Positions 27,901 to 39,900 of a stretch of DNA of 64,000 nucleotides are shown here, piece after piece. The stretch is from NCBI GenBank assembly GCA_051294905.1, contig CM119371.1:31312001-31376000 (forward strand), in the 5' to 3' direction. Every line of letters begins with the position of its first letter. The first letter of the stretch is position 1. A program made the position numbers and the translations under genes. The notes beneath the pieces were generated by a model. It saw only the letters and a program-made list of their open reading frames with translations, was not told the origin of the DNA and ran no database searches. This DNA comes from Botryllus schlosseri (Eukaryota).

Positions 27901-30900
27901 TTACTTTTTGTTTGTACAAGGACTGACATAAACTGAATATTCGTGAACAAGAATGAGATAATATACCACGTTAGCGATAGCACAACGTCTGTTTTCAAAC
28001 GCCACTGACTCATTATTACGTCAAGTATTAGCTCCGCTCGTCATTGCGTAAGAAGTATCCACACATCGTAAACAAACATGGGATGGACATTGTAGTGTGA
28101 TTGTAAGAACACCCCCCCCCCCGTGTTGTATATCAGGTTATCAATACACTACAAAAGCCCCTACCTCGCAGCAGGATATTGATCACCACTCTCCCTATAG
28201 TTTCAAATAGTAACTTATGTATTGATGTTTGGTTGTGCTTAGTCAAACGCAGTTTACCGTTGCTGCTTGACGAGCAGGTGGCCTACGTACGCACTACGCA
28301 CGTGCACCTGACGAAGATTCGTAATTTTGTACTCGTTGAATAAAACATTGCAGTTTCCACAACGAAGCATTACAAATAAACAGCTGCTGATATATATCAT
28401 AACCGAACCGTGCTTAGCCGTTTCTCGTAACAGCAGCTCGCAGTATATGTATTAAGTTGAAGGCAGAATTTTTATGTTCACTATATCTTATTCTCATATA
28501 ACTACTTGAAACGGGCGTCAATCGTTATTTCACAGTCCGTTACTTAGCATTTGGACGGATTGGACCTGCCGCCATAACCATCCGCTTATAGCCTGACATG
28601 TTAGCGTGGGTTGTAGCTAGAATCGGCAATTCCGCCAAAACAGCAATTCGTCCCCCTGTCCAATCGTTGGTCAATTTTCAAAACTGAATTTCGTCAATAA
28701 TATTGGCAATTGCATTATATTACTATTCATTTATAACCTCTCTGAGCCTCGAGTGTCAGATTTTCCTGTAGAGCTGGGGCAAGTAATTCATAATCATAGC
28801 ATCTGGTATGTTGTTATAATAATTACTTTATAGTATGTTGTTAATTCGCGACCTCCAGTCTGTTGCATGATAAGAAGATATTGTACTCGCCCAAACGTAG
28901 CAGACTAAAACAATATCTTTGTGAGACGCACACACAAATTGTCATGGCTTTACTCCTTTGTGGATGCGCCGGGTGGCATTTGCATTGTGGGCCCAGATTG
29001 GAAGGACAGGAGTTATTAGTCACGCCCACCCAGCGCGGCTAGTGACAATGGACGAATACCCTAAGTTTCGGCCAAGGTATATCTTTGGTATCACATCCCG
29101 TGGAGTTGCGTGTTGGCCGAAACTGCATATGTCTTTTGGTGTGTTGTGGGATCGTGGCGCGGTAATGACCGGCTCCGAAATGCCTGTTCTCATAAAATAG
29201 CCTATGCTTGTTTTTTCTTGAGGCAAAGAGGTATGCATTTCAAACCCAGCTATCTACTGGAGCAGGGGTCACCAACCGTTTTGAAACAACAAGCTACTTC
29301 TTGTGTAGTGTGTACTGATTATTGCGACGACCGACGGGTTTCCACTTATTCCCTCCGTTTATCCGTGTTCAGTTGGATTTCTTCACTTAGAGTAAGTCAA
29401 ACAGAGCACTGGGCCGGGTTTCCGCCCCTTACCAAGAACAAAAAACGGTCACTCGCCATGACTCACACCAGCTCCTCCGGGCTCAGTTGCGTTGCTGCAG
29501 TGCGCGCCGAAGCGCCCATCTCCGCGTCGAGACTCGGGAATATTAACTATAGATTCCCGTTGAGCCGCCGCGTGCGGGCGAAGACAAGCAATGCCCCGAG
29601 CGACTGCGTTCGTATCTTCTTTGGGGTCGGCCGACCCATGTTCAACTGCTGCTCATATGAAACCAGCTTCAACTTTCAAATTTCTCATTTGGATATTTGC
29701 TACAGCGACCGCGGGCGACTCATTTGGTCCGCGTTGATGATCCCTGTACTAGAGACATTTGAATCGCAAGGCTCGAAGAACATTTTCAAGAATTAATTAA
29801 ATTCTCGAAAATACTCTATAATTTATGTTGGTTTACGAAATACTTTCGAGTCCCCTTCGAGCACGCTCCCCACTCTATTAAGGAATTTGGGGTGCGGCAG
29901 GTAAAGACCTGACAATAATGCAAATCGTTGGATGCGATAAATCATCCACTATAAAGTTGTGCGATTGGTATATTATGACGTAATAAGCAAATGACGCACG
30001 ATGTATGAAGAGAGTTGATATCTCATTAAGCCTTTTCATCGCAATCCTGGTATTGTCTTCCAATATATCATTTAAGATTATAGTCCTAAGCAAAACAAAT
30101 GTAATCGTGAGTAATCGTGATTACTTTTCCAATGTAATCGTAATCGTAATCGACTACTTCCTGATTTTGCTGTAATCGTAATCGTAATCGTAATCGCGTG
30201 ATTCCGAAGTAATCGTAATCGCAATCGATTACATTCAGAAAGTAATCACCCCATGTCTGGCAGGTGGGTTCTGAAATTCGAGTTGGCATAAAATTGGTTG
30301 TTGACGAACACCGTGGGCAAAACATTTTTGGTCTCGATTGGAGCGATGCTTTCTCCATGACCGCTAAGGGGGCGTCTGCTTTGGATGCAATTTCCTCGCA
30401 GATGGTCAAATCGCAATCATGTAATACTATTGTCATTTCTGATTCGAACGACAAATTAGTATCTTTTCAGTCCAAATTTCCCTCCGTTTTCTCTAATGTG
30501 TTGGGACGATGCACCAAGACAAAGGTGACAATTCACTTGAAACCTAATGCCAAGCATGTTTTCAACAAGCCACGTCCTTTGCCTTTCGCAAGGCAAATCG
30601 CTGTTCAATCCGAATTGAATAGATTAGTCAATCAAGGTATTCTCGAAACAAGCAATTACAGTGATTGGGCAGCACCAATTGTTGCCGTCACTAAATCTAA
30701 TGGATCAGTACGCATTTGTGGTGACTTCAAAGCATTGAAGCAACAAATTCAGATAGATCAACATCCCTTGCCCTCCTTGGATGAAATCCTTCAAGTTACA
30801 GGGTGGCTGTATTTTCACGAAAATTGATCTTCCCGATGCTTATTTTCAGCTAGAATTAGATGATGATGCGAAGAATTTGTGTGTCATCAACACGCAATTC

Positions 30901-33900
30901 GGTCTATTCCGTTATCGACGTATGTGTTTCGGAGTCGCATCTAGTCCCGCAAATTTTCAACGCTGTATTGATGCCATGATCACCGGCTTACCCGGTGTTA
31001 CTAGTTTTATCGATGACATAATCGTTACTGGCATTGATGAACGCGATCATTTTCGCAACTTATCGCTACTATTTGAGCGCCTCACCGAATACGGTTTCAC
31101 CGTCAACTTCGCGAAATGCGAATTTTTCAAAAGTAGTATCGAGTATCTTGGTCATATAATCGACAAGGACGGCAAACGCCCGTCTCACAAATCTGTTGAA
31201 GCAATCAAACAGTTGCCTAAACCTCGGGATGTTCGCCAGCTACAGGCAATCCTGGGCAAAGTCAATTATTATCGCGCGTTCATTCCTAATTTTACGAATA
31301 AAGCCGCTGCCTTGTACCGCCTTCTTCAAAAATACGCGCAATTCATTTTGAATACGGACTGTGACGCAGCTTTTCGCATTCTCAAAAACGACGTAATCGA
31401 CGCTATGCAGTTAGCTCATTATGATGTAAACAAGCAGCTACTTTTGTACACTGATGCTTGTCAATTCGGAATCGGTGCTGTCCTCTCAATCGAGCACAAT
31501 GGTGAAGAGAGACCGATCGCGCACGCATCGAAAGCACTTTCCGATTAGCAAAAATCCTACTCTCAAATAGAGAAGGAAGCTCTGTCAATCATTTACGGAG
31601 TCACTAAATTTCGTCAATTCTTGTATGGTAGAAATTTACGCTCGTAACGGACCACAAACCCCTTTTAGCTATTTTCTCGCCGGACAAAAAAATTCCCGTG
31701 ATTTCAGCGCAACGCTTACAGCGATGGGCGCTAACGCTCATGGCTTACCAATACGATATTCGCTATAAACCGACTAATCAGCACGGAAACGCCAACGGTT
31801 TATCTCGCCTACCAAAGGGTCCAGACCCTGAGTTTGACGAACTGGAAATTCGTGAAAACGCGGAGATCGTTCACGCTATTAATATGGCATTCGATGGCTT
31901 GCCGTTAACTCGCAATGAAATTCGCGACGCGACGCTGAAGGACAAAACCATGAAACTAGTAAAATTATCTGTCACTCATGGTAATTGGAATCCAAAGACG
32001 CACATTGTTGATTTTTCATGGTTTTCGACTCGCAAACATTCGCTTTCTCTGCACGAAGACATAATCATGCTCAATATTGATGGTTTTCAGCGCGTAGTAA
32101 TTCCGCAGTCACTTCGCTCGCGAGTCTTATCATTGTTGCACGAAGGACATTGGGGTAGCGCGAAAATGAAGCAGATGGCTCGACGTTACATCGCATGACC
32201 TTGTATTAATCGCGACATTGAAAATCTCGTTAAGAGTTGCGACGCTTGCCGTAAGGTAATGAAAGCGCCTGATCGTCAGTATCGCGAATGGCCTAAAACT
32301 TCTGAAAGCTTTGAACGAATTCACTTGGATTTCGCAGGTCCAGTAAACAATAAAATCTTTCTTGTCATCGTCGATGCGCATTCGTTAAAGTAATGAATGT
32401 CGGTTCTACCACAACCTTGTGTGTGGTCAACGCTTTGAGGGAAGTCTTTTCTATCGAAGGCTTGCCCGTAACAATTGTCACGGATGGCGGGCCGCAATTC
32501 ACATCGAATGAATTCGATACGTTTTGCTCTAATTTGGCAATCAGCCACATCGTATCACCGTCTTTTCACCCTACCTCGAACGGGGAAGCGGAGAGTTTCG
32601 TCCAGAATTTGAAAGCTGGATTAATAAAAATTGCGACGGGGGAAAAGATTACAACTTCGCGCTCCAAACACTTCTCGCTACTTACCGATGTGCACCGCAC
32701 TCGGGCATAGACTGGAAAACGCCTGCCGAGATTTTACATGGTCGACAGCCGCGCAATTTGTTAAGTTTGTGCTCGCCCTTTGATAAATCGAAACCCGTTA
32801 CGCCTAGACAATCAGTCCTTCATTTCGAGATTGGTTCCTCGGTTTACGCTCGCAGTTACCGAAGCGGGCCAAAGTGGGTTGCTGGCGTGGTGACGGAAAT
32901 ACTGGGACGTGTTGTGTACATTATAAACACAGATCATGGGTATTGGAGGAGGCACAAAAACCAACTCCAACCACGCTTGATTTCAGCAGGCAATGATACA
33001 GCCACACAGGAAGTTGCTCAGCCTCAACAGTCCCAAGCTGAGCAACCATTGGTCAGTAATAGGGCACAACGTCCTGCAGATAGTCCTGCTCGTACGTCGG
33101 GTAGACGTTACCCCGTTAGGAATAGAAAACAAACAGATTTCTATCGGCCGACGTAAATCACCTTGTACCAATTACCTTACAGGGGAGGACTGTTATGTTC
33201 GTGTATTTACGTTGGTATCGTTTCACCCTATTTTGTATAGGACTAGTAATTAGCGCCAATCATTATTTCCTCGTGTGCTTTGCGTTGTATTTATACCCTG
33301 TGTTCTGTCATTTACTGTCTTTCGTTCAACTGCACTCTGAATCGTGTCGCCTGTATTAAAGTTATTTTGCTGATAATATACTGATTTCGTATTGCAACCT
33401 CGTCGTATTGAGGTATTGTTCAAACAAGATCAAAAACATAACAGATGGCCTATATTAATTATTGTACAGTGTGTACACCGTGTGTACACGATACGGAGCG
33501 ACGACTCGGGCCACATCATCCACAATGCTGATGTACATATTGACGTTTTAAACATCGCCAGATATATCAACTGCGGCAATCAAATGATATATTAATCCCA
33601 TAAAATCAATATCTTCCGTTGCTTTGACAACAATTTCGACGAGGATTTGCAAGGAAATATAGGCTTACGCCTTAGCGATCTAGGCCAGGTAGGACAATGT
33701 ACGTCGTCTGAGTATTGCTATACGTTGATAGTGAGCGGGTTTCTGTACTTGATACCTATATTACCAACACTACGTTGATATTGAGCAGAGTGTATAACGG
33801 GTTTCTATACAGGTCTGCATGCGGCCGATATTACTCCATTAACAAGTTATACAGCAGTAGCCAACACCCCAATCGCACAGACTTGTTTTTTATGATACAA

Positions 33901-36900
33901 TAAACATATTGACCCCGCACGCTTGCTAAATTTTTGTACGCTTGCTAGATTTTTGTATCAGACAACGATATCAATCTCATTAATTGGTTGAATAAGCATC
34001 ATTCGCTCATTACATGTAATGTATTTCGCTCTTGATGTTGTGCGATTGCGGGTCAAGCTCACGGCAGCAGGGTTGTAACCTAGTCACAAGGCTCCGAGTC
34101 ACGAGTCAATCTCACTATTATAGTTTTGACTCGAGTCAAGTCGAGTCATTTCAATTCATAACCTAGTCAAGTCCAAGTCCAAGTGATCGAGCAGAGGGTC
34201 GAGTCCGAGTCATGGAATTATGACTCGAGTCCGAGTCCAAGTCGTTTTGTTGACTGCTCAGTTTCCAGTTAAAGTCTTGTTTAACCCACTTTTTAGTACT
34301 CTGTTTGGTGATATCGAATGGTTCTCATTTATAATATAACAATTTTCCTCACTTTTAGCAGTTTCTGGTCGCATTTTCAAGTACCAGTACCAACAGACGA
34401 AATCCCAATAGTGTGTTGGCTTCGGAATTACAATGAAATGTCGGTCTTGGCCGTCTGAGTCTCGAGTCAATGACTTGAGTCGAGTCATGCCCAATGACTC
34501 GAGTCCAAGTCGAGTCAATACACAGATTGACTCGAGTCGAGTCGAGTCATTTCAGTATTTTGAAAAAAATGACTTGAGTCGAGTCGAGTCATCAGAATAT
34601 CGTGACTCGAGTCGGACTCTAGTCGAGTCATGACTCGAGTCATTACAACTCTGCACGGCAGAGAGTCATTAAATATTCGCAAACGGAAAGCTGGATATTT
34701 CGAGCAAACTTTTGTAACAATGTGAGTAAAAATTTTGAGATTGTAAAGATGCATGCTCGTTTAGTGTTGATATTTTAATACTGCCATCGCCGCGCATAGA
34801 GTGGCCCACAGTTGAAATGTTATACATTTCAACCGAAGATATTATAATGAAGTGAAATTTGTAATAAATGAAAAAGGTTCGCAGTGCAGAACCTCTCAAG
34901 GTTCGTTTGTGAACGTGAATCTCTGAATTTCAGAGGTTCACACACAGAACGCGAACGTGAACCTCACGTTCACACCATCCCTATAGGCTACACTTTACCA
35001 GACGCCTATCCTTTACCAAGGATCGATGATCAATTGATCATGATCAAGTCAACAACATCGCTCGTTTTAAAGTTTTCGGTACCTTAGATCTGAAGTCCGC
35101 GTATTATCAAGTAGCGCTATCACCTGATGATCGTCCAAATACTGCATTCGAAACTGGTGGAAATCTTGATCAATACCGTCGATTGCCATTTAGAGTGACC
35201 AACGGAGTTTCGGCATTTTAACGAATAATCGACAACGTCATAAAAGACAACAGGCTCATCGGCACCTTCGCCTATCTGGATAATATTACTGTTTGCGGCA
35301 TGGACAGCGACGACCACGATCGACATCTGAAAGCTTTTTCAAATGCTGCGGAACAGTTTAACCTCATTTTCAATCATTCGGAGTCGATCATCTGTTCATC
35401 GGAAATAGACTTGCTCGGCTATCGCGTGTCACACGGCTTAATCTAACCGGACCAAGAAAGACTAAACCATTAATCATTTACTGCTACCGCGTACTAATCT
35501 CGAACTAAAACGGGTGTGTGGTATGTTTGCGTATTATGCCTAATGCTTGCCAAACTTTTCGGATAGAATCCGCCCTTTGTATTCCGTTGACAGATTTCCA
35601 CTTTCCGAAACTGCGACTAACGCCTTCAACGATTTAAAACGCGAGTTAGTGGACGCCTCTCTTGGTGCGATCGATGAGACAAGTCCGTTCACAATTGAGT
35701 GCGATGCTTCTAATGCTGCCATGGCAGCTATCCTTAGTCAAAACGGTCGACCTGTCGCGTTAATGTCTAAAGCACTATCGCCTAGCGAGATACGCTACTC
35801 CTCCGTTGAGAAAGAAGTGTCCTCAATTATCCCGACAGTTCGTAAATTGGCTGATTTATTGCATGGGTGACATTTCACTCTTGTTACTGATCAGTAGGGT
35901 AAGTTTTTGCAACTTTTACAACTTTTTTACAGCTTCCTACTGCTTCCTAGATACTCAGAATATATATATATTATGATGTTTTAGGCTGTTTGGGGGGATT
36001 TTATAGAGCAACGTTTCGCAACTTTTGTCCATTTTTCCTGTAAATTTTTGTTGAACTTTTATCAAATATTGCGTGAAAATGCAAAAGAGTGATTTAAAAT
36101 CATGCTATAAACTAGTTCTAGCTTAGTTATATCCACGTTGATTTGCACAGCAATGAGCTACATGATGGGTTAGCTGCATCTGAATGTTATCTATGACACA
36201 ATGGCTTACAAGAAAGAAGTTCAACTACCGCTGCCAAGCACGACCGTGTCCGAACAATCCGTAAATAGACCGCTGTATTAATTCTGTAATTTAAATTTGA
36301 GATGGTAACCATTTCACGAAATCCAGGTGAGACCGCCGAAGAGTACATTTTCACTGGGTCACCTTTTTCAAGCTTTTGATTTTGTTTAAAGTCGCTAAAT
36401 GTTAATTTTTCTGCAATGCCTTGGCTCACCTTCGCAGACCTATATAGGGGGTTTGGGATGCGTCATTTGACTTGTTTTAGTGGGATGAGGCAGTGTTGGG
36501 ATGACTCGAGTCATGACTTGACTCGAGTCAGACTCGAGTCACCTTATTCGCATGAATTGACTTGACTCGAGTCACTTTGCTAAAATGACTTGACTTCACT
36601 TGACTCGGCGTATCAGAAATGTGGATTGACTCGTGACTCGGAGCTAAATTCACGAGTCAATTTCAAGTCATCAAGTAATTGTTGTCGATAAAAATCACTG
36701 TATCTTACATATGTTCAGATTGTTCGCGAAACGCTTGCGTAACCCGTGAGAGTGACCAATCATTTAATGACCGTGCGTTTCATTGAGCCTCGACTGTTCT
36801 CTCACAAATAAATTGACCGCACACGAAGTGACCGAAGCTTACTGCTTACGTTGTCGTAACTCTAGAAGTAAAGTAATAGAACAGCAAAATGTTTATTTCT

Positions 36901-39900
36901 GTTCTCTGTCCTTACCTTAACCAAACCTCTTGTTTTATTGAAATTGAAGTAAAATATAGTTTATATAGTCCTCAATCATTGGCGCAGGCTCGAATGGTAT
37001 CATATCTATTTGAAAATTAGTAATTTATTGTATCTTATCAATTCGTTTTTCTATTCTATATTTTGGCTGGTAACTATAAACTGAGGCTGAGGCTATACAA
37101 TTACGTAGTTTAACAGTTCTGCGTATATGTGAGCGATACAGTGCCTTCTTGCTTGTGTATTTAGCTCTATTTTCCTTCATCGTTTCGTAATCAATGACAA
37201 CTCAAACTGTATTTCAGACAGCTAGCAAGTTGCAATGACGTAATCATGCATCATACATACTTCGGAAGGGCAAATTGACTTGAAATGTGACTTGACTCGT
37301 GACTTGACTTGACTTGACTCGAGTCACCTCCAAAAATCGAGTGACTTGACTTGACTCGAGTCACCTCCAAAAATCGAGTGACTTGACTTGACTCGAGTCA
37401 CCTTTGAAAATCGATTGACTTGACTTGACTCGAGTCAAAATGTGCAATGACTCGAAATGACTCGTGACTCGAAGGCAATGACTTGATCCCATCACTGGGA
37501 TGAGGTTATCGCAATGCTGGGTCGCTTTTTCGGCGAAAATTATTTTCGCATTGCGTAATATTCTAGATGTGTACCAGTAAAAAAATGTAATTTTTGGCGG
37601 TCTCGCCAGTCGCCAGACCGTCCATGAAATGGCAAAGTAACAAATTTGACAGCTATGCAGGAACTAGGTTTAACAACGGAACCTTTCCAGTATCTCATGC
37701 CCTAATAATTCCGCAAAAATTATAAATGCAACTTTTCACTGCAACTTTTGTTGAAACTTTCTCGCGATTTTAGTGCAAAAAAAATTGCCCTACTGATCAG
37801 AGATCCGTCGCATTCATGTTCGACGGCAAATTCAGAGGTAAAATTAAAAACACCAAAATTCAGCTGTGGCGTGTCGAGCTTGGTCAATTCTCGTGTGATA
37901 ATGTACATAAACCGCGGGCACTGAATGTTGCGGCTGATATGTTTTCGCGGACATATTGCGCATCAATTTCACCCTGTGAGTTGACTTCTAATCTAAACCG
38001 GATTCACGGCACTCTCGGTCATCCTGAATTCACAAGGCTGTATCATGTCGTTCTTTCGAAAAATCTCCCTAAATGACGTTCGTGAAATCTGCGCTTGTTG
38101 CCGTATTTGCGCTCAAATCTAACCAAATTTTTACAAAAGCAATCCGCAAGTGCTTGTGAAAGCAACGAAGCCGTGGCAAAGAATCAACGTAGATTTTAAG
38201 GGACCTTCGAAATCTATCAAATCCCCTTTCATGTTCGTTGTCATAGACGGATATTGTCGTTTTCCGTTCGCCTTTCTATGTCGCAACACTTCTGCGCTAA
38301 TTTATCGACACTATTCGCCATTTTTGGACTTCTGGGGTATAAGATTATTTACACTCTTGCGTGGTAGCTACTAGCTTCACTACGCCTTACCATCATACAG
38401 GAAATTCGCCGTGCGAACAGCCTAATCAAACTTTATGGCGAACTGTAGAACTTATTCTGAAATCCACCGGAGTCTCAGAATCGTGTTGGGATGAAGCTCT
38501 TCCTCATGCACTGCATTCAATTCGATCGCTACTTTGCACGTCAACCAATTCAACGCCGCATGATCGATTTTTTTCCCTCTTCAAAAAAAAGTATGGTGGG
38601 AAATAGCGTGCCATCCTTGCTATTGACACCAGGACCCGTTTTCTTACGCAAATTCGTCAGAAACAATGGCGACGAACTATGTTCCGAAGTCGAACTTCTT
38701 GAAGCCAACCGCACTTCCGCACGTGTCCATTTTCCTAACTGTCGCGAGTCAAACGTCTCGCTCAAGGATCTGGCCCGTTTCCTGCTGAAGAAGCCCCTTC
38801 GATTATCCAGGAAAAGCAACAAGCTGAACCTTCCAGTCGATTGCCACGAGCAAAGTCGCGAATGTTCCAATGGTGAGGTGAAGTCCTCTAACGAACAGCC
38901 TCGTGAATCCAACTATTCATATGATGCACCAGATGATTCAAGTGGAAATATGGATGCTGAGCTTAGGCTTTCAACTAGAGTTCGGCGCCAACCGGATCGG
39001 TATGGTGATATTGTTATCAGTTGAGTTTTTTGACATTGTTGATATGAGAAGTTACAAAATAAGGGGGGAGGGGGGGGGGGAGAATGAGGTGATCCGTAAT
39101 TAGGCAATCATTGCTTTCCTTGATTGCTTCTTTTGCACGTTACATTGTCTCCATTGTCTTGTCATTCTAACCTTTTCTGTTCCGCTGTATGTTGTGTTCT
39201 GTTGTATGTTGCCTAAACCACCTTGGTTACATCTACTTCAATTAAGCTTTAGTTAGATATGTCGACGCGATAGTCAGTTAACGACAGGGACCATCCCAAC
39301 GAAGTATTCTATTTTCGATCTAATCATAGCTGTAATTTGTTTTCATTGCATAGTAATTATTTTACCTAAACCCTACCACAGGCCGGTCTCAAGATTAAAG
39401 CTCGTCAAAAGTCTCACCTTCTGTTCATGCATGATTTGTATACGATCATTACAAAGTGAGGAATTACGGCATGTCGAGCATGTTTTGTCTGAGATGTCGC
39501 TGCTGGTGAATTCGACGGAAACAGAATTTAGCAAATAAATTTTTATTATCTATTGATCATGCGGCTTCGAAAAGTAGAATACTTGATGACTTGAATACTG
39601 ACTGAAAAATTTATTTCCTAGTCAATAGCAGTTCAATATTATTCGTACGTCAATTCATGACATCGCAAAAGTTAATCCATCCCTTTCAACACTGAAGTAG
39701 GGTAGCATTGAAATCCCTCTATAGTTAGGATTACCATATTTTGGATTCGGGAAAGGAGGACACTTTTTCCAAATTTTCAAACTTAGAATACCGGAGGTAA
39801 ATCTTGAAAAAATGGTAAATTTTTCCCACTTCGTAGTCGGTTGACAAAAACAAAAAAAGAGTCAACTTTCCAGCTGAGCTTCCCAAATACGGTTTTTCTT

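Larger units (their letters stand above)
26140..33443 (+). mobile_element. Inner young Gypsy LTR retrotransposon (Mag/K02A2.6-like), disrupted
   Basis: LTRs 26140-26382 and 33191-33443 (3 substitutions plus one 10-nt indel), TSD GATGG, PBS TGGTGTCAGAAGT, PPT at 33181-33190, domain order gag-PR-RT-RH-IN. Confidence 0.96.
25994..34983. mobile_element. Same MITE family, copy 2 (inverted), inserted in the outer RT and hosting the inner Gypsy
   Basis: Its right arm is the reverse complement of 24572-25400. The outer pol reads SQTVNK|YTLPDAYPLPRID across it. TSD unclear. Confidence 0.85.
21773..39286 (+). mobile_element. Outer Gypsy LTR retrotransposon (degenerate), antisense to the host gene, carrying multiple nested insertions
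   Basis: 5' LTR 21773-23597 (split), 3' LTR 39085-39286, TG...CA ends, TSD GGGAC on both sides, PPT 39060-39084. gag starts 23617 (MAERILKPDKLD...KHWEKTF). PR/RT 25520-25990, RT/RNase H 34984-35894 (DAYPLP, AYLDNI, ECDAS), integrase 37801-39024. Confidence 0.93.

Noticed and set aside
28114..28374. Possible solo LTR (TG...CA with AATAAA) inside the 27738-30259 element
   Set aside because: No matching TSD or second copy found
29110..29796. 228-aa ORF as a cargo gene
   Set aside because: It runs across a MITE boundary and the antisense 28S-derived segment, with no protein motif; a chance ORF in GC-richer DNA
34068..37497. GACTCGAGTC arrays as CRISPR-like repeats
   Set aside because: Irregular short subterminal repeats inside TIR/TSD-bounded MITEs; no fixed-length unique spacers and a eukaryotic context
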